Position numbers and translations under genes: made by a program. A DNA stretch of 32,000 nt. Origin: Psychrobacter sp. DM4 (GTDB taxonomy: Bacteria > Pseudomonadota > Gammaproteobacteria > Pseudomonadales > Moraxellaceae). The notes beneath the pieces were generated by a model. It searched no databases. It saw nothing but the letters and a program-made list of their open reading frames with translations, and was not told the origin of the DNA. Shown here in pieces: positions 1 through 7,798 of this stretch (position 1 is the stretch's first letter; each line of letters starts with the position of its first letter). The stretch is taken from the NCBI RefSeq assembly GCF_051307035.1, contig NZ_CP195536.1, positions 990,001 through 1,022,000 of the forward strand, read 5' to 3'.

Positions 1-60
1 ACCTAGGATAGCTGACGTCACTATTTTATTTATTCTCGAACAAAATCTTTAAGGCCTAAC

Positions 61-1140
61 ATGACTGACATCGCCGATCACCACCGCCAGCAGGAGCTCA
101 ACGTTTGGCTTCAGCATACCTTTAATGACCAAGTTTTTATTTTAGATAGTCTCCCAGGAGATGCCAGCGCACGTCGTTATCATCGTATGCAACTGCTAGA
201 GGATGACAGCGTCACCGCGCGTTATATTGTCATGGATTCAGCGGATGAGCAAGATACCATGCAGCAATTTATCACGGTTGCCAAGCTGATGACACCTGCC
301 ATAAACGTTCCAACCTTGGTTGCACAAAATCTTGATAAAGGGTTTTTGATCTTGCAAGATTTTGGCGCTGTGGAGTTTGCGCACTTGTTGGTTGATGCCA
401 CGCCTAAGCAAGTAAACCATTATTATCAGTCAGCAATGCAAACGCTCATCGACCTACAAAAAATCTCGGTTGAGACCGCAAAGCAGACGTATCAGCTGCC
501 AAATTATGATGCGGCGATGCTAGAGCGTGAGATGGATTTATTCAGTGAGTGGTTCATCCCTTATATCGATGTGTCCCTTGATACCGCGCTTTGGGATACC
601 CTAAAAACAGCCTTAGTTAATACAGTACTCTTGCAGCCGCAAGTGATTGTACACCGTGATTATCACAGTCGAAATTTGATGCAGGATCAAGCAGATCTGA
701 GCCTCAATCATGTCGGTCTTGGCGTTATTGATTTTCAGGATGCGGTTATCGGCGCTTATAGCTATGATCTTGTCTCGCTAGTACGCGACGCTTATGTTGA
801 CTGGTCAGAGCCGCAAGTATCTAACTGGATTGGTGAGTTTTGGCAATTACAACAGCAAGCGGGTTTAGTCACTGCCGCTAGTGCTGAGCAATTTGAGAGC
901 GATGTCAACGTGATGGGCGTGCAGCGTCATCTAAAGGTGCTAGGTATCTTTATCCGTCTGTCCCAACGCGATGGCAAAGATCGTTATCTAGCGGACATCC
1001 CAAAGGTAATGCGCGATTTGCTCTTTGAGCTTGAGTGGCTAGCCGTTCATGTTAATGACGCCATAAAGCAATCTATAGTGCCGTTTAATAAATGGATGAC
1101 AGAAACGGTACTACCTGCTTATCAAATCAAGTTTGCTTAA
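61..1140 (+). CDS. amgK: Anomeric MurNAc/GlcNAc kinase AmgK (aminoglycoside-phosphotransferase-fold sugar kinase)
   Basis: 359-aa ORF. It has an N-terminal LPGDASARRYHR motif and a catalytic-loop HRDYHSRNLM motif typical of APH-fold kinases. A MurU-type nucleotidyltransferase follows 48 nt downstream, which is the conserved amgK-murU pair. AAGG lies just upstream of the ATG. Confidence 0.75.
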   Translation: MTDIADHHRQQELNVWLQHTFNDQVFILDSLPGDASARRYHRMQLLEDDSVTARYIVMDSADEQDTMQQFITVAKLMTPAINVPTLVAQNLDKGFLILQDFGAVEFAHLLVDATPKQVNHYYQSAMQTLIDLQKISVETAKQTYQLPNYDAAMLEREMDLFSEWFIPYIDVSLDTALWDTLKTALVNTVLLQPQVIVHRDYHSRNLMQDQADLSLNHVGLGVIDFQDAVIGAYSYDLVSLVRDAYVDWSEPQVSNWIGEFWQLQQQAGLVTAASAEQFESDVNVMGVQRHLKVLGIFIRLSQRDGKDRYLADIPKVMRDLLFELEWLAVHVNDAIKQSIVPFNKWMTETVLPAYQIKFA

Positions 1141-1188
1141 CGATACCTCTAAATTTATTACGCCACTTTATTATACTAAGGAGCAGAT

Positions 1189-1917
1189 ATGCCAGCAATA
1201 ACGCAAGCGATGATTTTGGCAGCGGGCAAGGGCACACGCTTGCGGCCGCTGACTCTTGAGACTCCAAAACCGCTAGTAGAAGTAGGCGGACAACCTTTAA
1301 TTGTTTGGCACATAAAAGCGTTACAAGCTGCTGGTATCACTCACATTACTATCAACACCTCTTGGCTTGCAGATAAGCTGATGGAGACCTTGGATGACGG
1401 GTCGCAGTTCGGGGTCACGTTGCAGTGGTCAGTTGAAGCAGATGAGCCGCTTGAGACCGCTGGCGGTATCTTTCAGGCATTACAGACAGGCAAGCTAAAG
1501 GATGCGCCTTTTATCTTGGTCAACTCTGATGTGTGGACGATGTATGATTTTAGCCAGCTACAAGATTATAAGCTTGGTAATGATCAAAAAGCCCATTTAC
1601 TATTAATTGATAATCCTGAGCACAATGATAGTGGTGATTTCGCTATCAATAACGGTCTTGCCAGTGAGCAGCCGATAGGAGATGCGGACAAATACACTTT
1701 CGCAGGCATTAGTGTTATGTCGCCAAGAGTGGTGGATGGTCTAGTATCAGGACAACCGGCTGCCCTTGCGCCCCTTTTAAGACAAGCGATGTTGAAGTTT
1801 CAGGTAACCGCAGACATCATCAAAGACAATTGGATAGACGTCGGTACTCCTGAACGCTTAGAACAAGTCAATGAGTACATAGAGCATCATGATGTCAGCA
1901 AACATAGCGGTATCTAA
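1189..1917 (+). CDS. murU: N-acetylmuramate alpha-1-phosphate uridylyltransferase MurU (sugar-phosphate nucleotidyltransferase)
   Basis: 242-aa ORF. The N-terminus MILAAGKGTRLRPLTLETPKPLV is the G-x-G-T-R-x-x-P-x-T nucleotidyltransferase signature. A strong AAGGAG SD lies 5 nt upstream, and the gene is directly downstream of amgK. Confidence 0.8.
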   Translation: MPAITQAMILAAGKGTRLRPLTLETPKPLVEVGGQPLIVWHIKALQAAGITHITINTSWLADKLMETLDDGSQFGVTLQWSVEADEPLETAGGIFQALQTGKLKDAPFILVNSDVWTMYDFSQLQDYKLGNDQKAHLLLIDNPEHNDSGDFAINNGLASEQPIGDADKYTFAGISVMSPRVVDGLVSGQPAALAPLLRQAMLKFQVTADIIKDNWIDVGTPERLEQVNEYIEHHDVSKHSGI

Positions 1918-1955
1918 GCTATAAATAAGAGACACCAATAAATAAAAACAGTCAT

Positions 1956-1992
1956 AAAAAACGCAGCCTTAACTATCAAGGCTGCGTTTTTT
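1956..1992. terminator. Bidirectional rho-independent terminator between convergent murU and the cio operon
   Basis: Perfect 10-bp stem ACGCAGCCTT (1961-1970) / AAGGCTGCGT (1978-1987) with a 7-nt loop. It is flanked by an A-run (1956-1961) and a T-run (1987-1992), so it can terminate transcripts from either strand. Confidence 0.75.
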
Positions 1993-2022
1993 ATACTGCG
2001 TTCTTTATATAGTAACAAGGTT

Positions 2023-2139
2023 TTAGACGCCCATCGCTAGCTTGATCAACTGTGCAATGGTAAAGATGACCAAAAACCCTGCCAAATACAAGCCCACGAA
2101 CCATGCCCATTGGGTTTGTTTTTCACTCAGTTTTTTCAT
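2023..2139 (-). CDS. Small (38-aa) single-pass membrane peptide encoded directly after cioB (DUF2474-like / cytochrome bd accessory-type peptide)
   Basis: Not in the ORF track because it is below the length cutoff. My translation is MKKLSEKQTQWAWFVGLYLAGFLVIFTIAQLIKLAMGV. An AAGAGGA SD lies about 8 nt upstream of the ATG at 2139, 48 nt downstream of the cioB stop, and the terminator follows. It has one hydrophobic helix. Its position matches the small peptides found after cioB in pseudomonads (from memory). Confidence 0.6.
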   Translation of the reverse strand: MKKLSEKQTQWAWFVGLYLAGFLVIFTIAQLIKLAMGV

Positions 2140-2187
2140 AATAGCATCCTCTTTTATAACCACTTCGTATTGTCTATTGCCTCAACG

Positions 2188-3204
2188 TCAATACATAGGA
2201 TTGTGATCAGATTTGCCCTTAAACGTATAATACGCAAATGCCGTGTAGCTCAAAATAATCGGCAACATAATGACCGCGCCTATAAGCATGAACGATAATG
2301 ACGTATCAGCGGCGGCGGCCTCATAAATAGTCATCTGATAGGGCACAATGTACGGGAATAAGGCAGAACAGACGCCGATATAACCCATCAAAAACAGCGC
2401 CACAGTTAGTAAAAAAGGACGATATTCGCGCTCAGTGGTCAGATCTTTACGCATTAAATAGAATAAAATAAGTACGATAATAGGCATAGGGGCAAGATAC
2501 AACAGCCCTGGGAAGCCAAACCAACCCTCAAGCGCGTCGATATCAGAGAAGTACATAAAGGCGGTGACAACGACCATCGCAACGACAAGTGCTGAGAGCA
2601 TCCAGCCTGATACCTTGCGCGCCCACACTTGCAAAGTGTGTTCAGTCTTGATGATAAGCCAAGTAGAGCCGAGCAGCGCATAACCAATAATCATGGCAAA
2701 TCCGCAAATAATGGGAAAAGGCGTAAGCCAGTCAAACGGACCACCACTATATAAGCGATTACTGGCCTCTAGCCCTTGTACCAATGCTCCAAGCATAATA
2801 CCTTGAGAAAAGGTAGCAACTACCGAACCTACAAAGAAAAACGTATCCCATATATGGCGACGAGTATTGGCTTTGAAACGAAACTCAAACGCCACCCCGC
2901 GCATAATAAGACCAAATAGCATGGCAGTTACAGGTAGATATAGACCGGTCATAATGATGCCATAAGCGACAGGGAAAGCTGCAAATAAGCCGCCGCCACC
3001 AAGCACAAGCCAAGTCTCGTTACCATCCCAAAAGGGTGCGATAGAGTTCATCATACGGCTGCGGTTCTTATCTGACCCAGCGAAAGGAAACAAGATACCG
3101 CAGCCCAAATCAAAGCCATCAAGTAAGACATAAATAAAGACTGATAGCGCAATGAGTCCGCCCCAGATGAGTGGTAAGTCTAATACATCACCGAAGTTAA
3201 ACAT
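2188..3204 (-). CDS. cioB: Cytochrome bd-type (cyanide-insensitive) ubiquinol oxidase subunit II
   Basis: 338-aa polytopic membrane protein with a typical CydB/CioB N-terminus (LPLIWGGLIALSVFIYVLLDGFDLGCGILFP). Its ATG overlaps the cioA stop (TAATG at 3202-3206), giving translational coupling. It is shorter than E. coli CydB, as expected for the CIO subfamily. Confidence 0.9.
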   Translation of the reverse strand: MFNFGDVLDLPLIWGGLIALSVFIYVLLDGFDLGCGILFPFAGSDKNRSRMMNSIAPFWDGNETWLVLGGGGLFAAFPVAYGIIMTGLYLPVTAMLFGLIMRGVAFEFRFKANTRRHIWDTFFFVGSVVATFSQGIMLGALVQGLEASNRLYSGGPFDWLTPFPIICGFAMIIGYALLGSTWLIIKTEHTLQVWARKVSGWMLSALVVAMVVVTAFMYFSDIDALEGWFGFPGLLYLAPMPIIVLILFYLMRKDLTTEREYRPFLLTVALFLMGYIGVCSALFPYIVPYQMTIYEAAAADTSLSFMLIGAVIMLPIILSYTAFAYYTFKGKSDHNPMY

Positions 3205-4712
3205 TAGCGTAATCCTCCATCATCTGTATCGTTAGCAGGACTGTCTAAGTTCTCAGTATCGTTCTCTTTGGTGTTCTCTTGAGGAGTGTCATCACCACTT
3301 AGAGCGCGGCCTTGAGCTTCGGTCACAGAGTGATCGTAGTAGGTGTCTTCACTAGGATCTTCATACGGCTTAGGCCCTTGAGTAATTAGGCGTATGATAT
3401 AAAAGCTACCTGCGCCAAACACAAAGATGTAGAGCACGATAAAGCCGATCAGAGTCGTCGCAACCTGCTGCGCTGCAAGCGGTGACATGCTCTCAGCCGT
3501 ACGGATAACGCCGTATACAGTCCAAGGCTGACGTCCTGTTTCAGTGACGAACCAGCCTGCAAGTAGGGCAATGAATCCAAGCGGCGTCATCATCATCCAC
3601 GTTCTATGGAACCATTTACTCTCAGGATCAAACTGTTGTTTTTTGAAGTACTTATAGAGACTAAAGAGACCAACCAGCACCATCAAGGTACCAATACCGA
3701 CCATGACTCTGAACGACCAAAACACAATAGGAACATAAGGTCGATCTTCTGGTGCCCAGTTTTTGAGTCCTTTGACTTCACCATCAAGTGAATGCGTCAA
3801 GATAAGGCCAGAGACATAAGGTATCTTGACTTCAAAATGATTCTTTTCTGCTTTTTGATCGGGAATGGCGAACAATATTAGAGGCGCGCCGCGCTCATTT
3901 TCCCAAAGACCTTCCATCGCTGCTACTTTGGCAGGTTGATGCTCTAAAGTATTAAGACCATGCATATCGCCTATGAGCACCTGAGCTGGGGCCACAAAAA
4001 TAGCCATAATCATCGCCATACCGAGCATGACGCGACCATGTTGACGATGATCTTTGTGCTTTTTGGACTGAATATAATAAGCACCAATACCACCAATCAC
4101 AAAAGCGGTAGTCAAAAACGCCGCCGTCATCATATGTGCATAACGAAAAGGAAAGGAGGGGTTAAAGATAATCTCAAGCCAGTTGGTAGGGTAGAGTAGT
4201 CCATCAGCGCCGACCATAAATCCCTGCGGCGTCTGCATAAAGCTGTTAGCTGCCAATATCCAAAAACCAGAGATCAGCGTACCAACAGCGACAATTGCAG
4301 TTGAAGCAAAATGCATGCGTTTGCTGACGCGTCCCCAACCAAAGAGCATGATTCCCAAGAAGGAGGCTTCTAAGAAAAACGCTGTTAGGACTTCATAGGC
4401 AAGCAGCGGGCCTAACACGTTACCCGCTTTATCTGAGAATACTGCCCAGTTGGTACCGAACTGATAGGACATCACCACACCTGATACGACACCCATACCG
4501 AATACGACGGCGAATATCTTCACCCAATGCTTATAGACTTCAGCGTAGATAGGCTCACCCGTTTTGAGCCAACGGAACTCTAAAACCGTAAGCCAGCTGG
4601 CAAGACCGATAGAAAAAGCGGGAAAAACAATATGGAAGGAGATGACAAAAGCGAACTGTATACGCGCTAGCATGAGCGCGTCCATTTGGTCGATCATAAA
4701 TGCAGCAAACAT
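3204..4712 (-). CDS. cioA: Cytochrome bd-type (cyanide-insensitive) ubiquinol oxidase subunit I
   Basis: 502-aa ORF. The N-terminus LARIQFAFVISFHIVFPAFSIGLASWL is the conserved CydA/CioA helix I with the haem-ligand His. A short Q-loop region suggests the CIO type. A roughly 50-aa acidic C-terminal tail is extra. Confidence 0.9.
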   Translation of the reverse strand: MFAAFMIDQMDALMLARIQFAFVISFHIVFPAFSIGLASWLTVLEFRWLKTGEPIYAEVYKHWVKIFAVVFGMGVVSGVVMSYQFGTNWAVFSDKAGNVLGPLLAYEVLTAFFLEASFLGIMLFGWGRVSKRMHFASTAIVAVGTLISGFWILAANSFMQTPQGFMVGADGLLYPTNWLEIIFNPSFPFRYAHMMTAAFLTTAFVIGGIGAYYIQSKKHKDHRQHGRVMLGMAMIMAIFVAPAQVLIGDMHGLNTLEHQPAKVAAMEGLWENERGAPLILFAIPDQKAEKNHFEVKIPYVSGLILTHSLDGEVKGLKNWAPEDRPYVPIVFWSFRVMVGIGTLMVLVGLFSLYKYFKKQQFDPESKWFHRTWMMMTPLGFIALLAGWFVTETGRQPWTVYGVIRTAESMSPLAAQQVATTLIGFIVLYIFVFGAGSFYIIRLITQGPKPYEDPSEDTYYDHSVTEAQGRALSGDDTPQENTKENDTENLDSPANDTDDGGLR

Positions 4713-4881
4713 AAGCGCTTACCTTTATCGTTAGCAAAATAGCGCAGGCTTCCATGATACGCCTAAGTTACCGTCCGCAACTTAAATATCGATGTTACGG
4801 TCAATAGCTAGATTTTTAGCTGTGAGTATGAACAAGTTAGATGAATTGACTCAATATACAACCAAAACGGTCCAACTTAGT

Positions 4882-4942
4882 TTAATAATTTATATCCTTA
4901 TAAATTATTAAGTTATTGTTTATAAAAGTATTATTAATAATC
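4882..4942. repeat. Two AT-only palindromes sharing the TTAATAAT/ATTATTAA half-site, in the cioA upstream region
   Basis: A 13-bp perfect inverted repeat TTAATAATTTATA (4882-4894) / TATAAATTATTAA (4899-4911) has a 4-nt spacer. A self-complementary 12-mer ATTATTAATAAT lies at 4930-4941. Both sit 170-230 nt upstream of the cioA start. Function is unknown. Confidence 0.4.
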
Positions 4943-5104
4943 TCTATGCATTCATTATGCGCCTGAGCGCTAGTTGCTGCAAGTGGTGCAACGGAGGTGT
5001 TATACACCTGCCAGTCACTTATAACTGACCGTATTTATTGAAAAATGTCGCCGTCAATAAGTGCAGAGCGTTACTCTTTTATCAAATTTAACGGACTGGC
5101 TGTT

Positions 5105-7588
5105 CTACGGCTCAAGTTGTTTGTGCAAAATTCGCCGCAGAGTCAAAATAGTTTGTGGACTGGTTTGAATACTATGACCACCATTAATAATAGTCTCGGA
5201 GGCAGCCCCTTCTAGATGAGCGCTAGTATAAGGTACGATACCGTCTGATAGACGCGCTGTTAATGCTTGACTGATATCGCCCTCGATGGTCACAGCAGCG
5301 ACAAGTGGCTTGTCCGCTAACGCATCAGCTTCTATACTCTCAGCCATATCAGAGCCGTTAGCAGAAGCAGTCTCCTCTTTGGGTTTTGGCTGTGATAGAT
5401 CTATTTTGACGCCATCGGGCTGCGCTTGCGCGAGTCCCTGAGTGATGTCAGAGTCATTATTGGCTATGATGGAATGGTAGGTGATACCCTCTTTAATCTT
5501 GATATCTTTGGTCAATTGAATAAAAGAGGATTTGTCACTTAACTGGCTCGCACCATTTTGTAAATACAGTGCGCCCAGGGGATTTTGTGCCAAGTCGCCT
5601 TGAGTGGCGATCGTTGCCAAATTGCCAGTGACTGTTTTGACCAGGCCTACTGGTAAGTAGACAACACGGCGCAGCGCGCGAGTAAACCAGCGATCAGCGT
5701 AGTCTGTACCGCGAAACGGCGCGGACAAAAACACAGCAGTGTCAACTTGCGCTAAAGCGTGAAGCTCAAAGCGCTCTTTTAGCTGCTCCTCACCCAAAGA
5801 CTGTTTGAGAGCATTACGAATCTTGGTTTTTTCGCTGACTGAAAGTTTATTTTCATCATCTAGTCGATCCAAATCATCAACCAAGTTTTCATCTGAGAGC
5901 ATCATACGAGCGATGAGTGCGCCCATGCTATGACTAACAATCACGCTGTTCTTACTCGCGCGATTTTGTTCTGTGGGATCCGTTTGCTCATAGGTACTAC
6001 TGATTAGGCGTTGAATCTGATAACGGTTCTCTATAATAGGCAGGTTGGTTGGATAAAATATCTGCCAGACTTGATAATTATCGCGCAATTTATCATCGTT
6101 CAAAATATCGTTAGTCAGGTTAACCCAAGTGGCAGGGCTTGATGCAAGGCCATGCAACATGATAAGCACACGCTTATCGGGGTCATAAGGCTCAAGCATG
6201 AACAGCTTAGGTAAGCGTGCATCTGGTTGGCGCGTGATTAGATTTAGATAACCTACGCCATCGAGCTGATTCTCAGCCAACCACAGACCGTAACCTGCTG
6301 AGAAGTTTGCAGCTAGCGGGTAGTCGTCATCTAGTATAGTAACGCTGTCACTCTGATAAGGGTTGTATAGATGGATATCGAGCTGATGGCTACTTAGTGT
6401 CTCAAGCACACTCTTACCAGCAGGTTTAATCAGACCCGTCAATAAAAGATGCCCCGTAGGATAAATACGTGAGCTTGGCTCATTGATTTTGGTATCTTTT
6501 AGAGCATCTTCATCCGTCAGCCTACCGGATAAGGAGGCTGAAAGGAGTTGGCGTATAGTCGTGGTATACCGATCATCTAACGATGCCACTAGGCTAATGC
6601 CTAAACCTGAACGCTTGCTAATTGAGTTAAGACCTGACAGGCGTATCTCGTAGGTCGAGACCAAATCTGCTAAGGCAGAGGTCTGCTCACTGGCATTTTT
6701 TAGATAGTTACTCTCGTTAGGTAGATAGATATCTAGGTGATAATCATCGACCTCTACTTTCATGACTTTGATCTGATCGGTGGGTTTGCCTAATGTCGAG
6801 GTGCGATTGGCGATAGCCGAATTTGATGTGCTATCCGATTCTGCGATCGTAGTTGGTAGATAAGTGACACGGGTCTCGCTTGTCATCTTATTAGCATTAC
6901 TAGTTGATTTATACAACTGAGTGATAACATCGTTGCTAGCCGCATTATAGATATCTTGGGTTTGAATGTCAGTCTCGTTTGGAATACGGTTTGGCGCACG
7001 CATACGGTTATTTTGAGTCGCCGCACCTACAAAGTCATGCTCTAAGCTATCATAAAACAGATACGTATAACTTGACTTGATGGCATCAAATAGACGCTTT
7101 TGGTAGTTGGTTAAACAGGTGTTAGTATCTTTTTGCTGGGTCTCAATTGCCTCTTTAGCTACTGGAGCATTGGCGTAATAGGGGTCAATTGGTGGACGTG
7201 CTAGAGCATTTTGGCAGGCTTGAGAGTCGTTGAGCTGACGAGCTTTAGCATAGTGCAGCTCTGCATAAAGAGCCAAAGCTGGCCGATAGTTCTCACTTAG
7301 CATACTATCATTGAGCTGAGATAAGCACAGCTCAAAATTTTGCAGGCAAGCTTGATCGTCAAGTCCTGCTGATAATAAAGTCGATGCGGTATCGGTACTC
7401 AGCTTATTGTCCGTGACTATGTTGCCGCGCTGCGCTTCGATAGTTTTGGAGGATGCTTGTTTATCAACTGACACCGTACTACAGGCAGGTAGTACGAGCA
7501 TAGCTGTCATTAAGGGCGCGATGTATAAAAGAGACCGAGAAGATTTTTTGGTTAAAGCAGTGGCGGCGACAAAGGATACAATTGGCAT
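5105..7588 (-). CDS. Large lipoprotein with C-terminal alpha/beta-hydrolase (lipase/esterase-type) domain
   Basis: 827-aa ORF. It has a signal peptide with lipobox LVLPAC (Cys36). The C-terminal third carries an oxyanion-type MLHGL, a nucleophile elbow VSHSMGA (Ser554, codon 5927-5929), and a putative Asp (SDGIVPY) and His (NGGHSIQ). I do not recognise the N-terminal ~450 aa. Confidence 0.7.
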   Translation of the reverse strand: MPIVSFVAATALTKKSSRSLLYIAPLMTAMLVLPACSTVSVDKQASSKTIEAQRGNIVTDNKLSTDTASTLLSAGLDDQACLQNFELCLSQLNDSMLSENYRPALALYAELHYAKARQLNDSQACQNALARPPIDPYYANAPVAKEAIETQQKDTNTCLTNYQKRLFDAIKSSYTYLFYDSLEHDFVGAATQNNRMRAPNRIPNETDIQTQDIYNAASNDVITQLYKSTSNANKMTSETRVTYLPTTIAESDSTSNSAIANRTSTLGKPTDQIKVMKVEVDDYHLDIYLPNESNYLKNASEQTSALADLVSTYEIRLSGLNSISKRSGLGISLVASLDDRYTTTIRQLLSASLSGRLTDEDALKDTKINEPSSRIYPTGHLLLTGLIKPAGKSVLETLSSHQLDIHLYNPYQSDSVTILDDDYPLAANFSAGYGLWLAENQLDGVGYLNLITRQPDARLPKLFMLEPYDPDKRVLIMLHGLASSPATWVNLTNDILNDDKLRDNYQVWQIFYPTNLPIIENRYQIQRLISSTYEQTDPTEQNRASKNSVIVSHSMGALIARMMLSDENLVDDLDRLDDENKLSVSEKTKIRNALKQSLGEEQLKERFELHALAQVDTAVFLSAPFRGTDYADRWFTRALRRVVYLPVGLVKTVTGNLATIATQGDLAQNPLGALYLQNGASQLSDKSSFIQLTKDIKIKEGITYHSIIANNDSDITQGLAQAQPDGVKIDLSQPKPKEETASANGSDMAESIEADALADKPLVAAVTIEGDISQALTARLSDGIVPYTSAHLEGAASETIINGGHSIQTSPQTILTLRRILHKQLEP

Positions 7589-7680
7589 AGAGCGTCTCAG
7601 TGGCAGGTCATAGTTATTGTTATAGTAAAGGCGCGGTAACTATTTTGTATTATATAAGAAAAAGTACGTTGATTGAGCGT

Positions 7681-7745
7681 AAAGTAAAAAAGCGTGTTTG
7701 CTCTATAGTGATGGTATCTCCATATAGAACAAACACGCTTGATTT
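7681..7745 (-). terminator. Rho-independent terminator after the repeat-protein gene
   Basis: An 11-bp perfect stem AAGCGTGTTTG (7690-7700) / CAAACACGCTT (7730-7740) is extended by 6 more bp after one mismatch, with a 15-nt loop. On the minus strand a U-rich stretch follows (complement of 7681-7689). Confidence 0.75.
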
Positions 7746-7798
7746 TATAATTCAAAGCTATTTACGGCTGCGCTATTTGAACCGCGCAATATCAGATA

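Noticed and set aside
2110-2687. Track ORFs 2110..2298 (+) and 2454..2687 (-), overlapping cioB and the small-peptide gene.
   Set aside because: They are out-of-frame or antisense overlaps with the strongly supported cioB gene and have no independent signals.
4791-4804. Possible ANR/FNR box upstream of cioA (minus strand TTGAC-CGTA-ACATC).
   Set aside because: Only the left half-site matches TTGAT-N4-ATCAA; the right half does not. A second candidate at about 4848 (TTGAC-TCAA-TATAC) fails in the same way.
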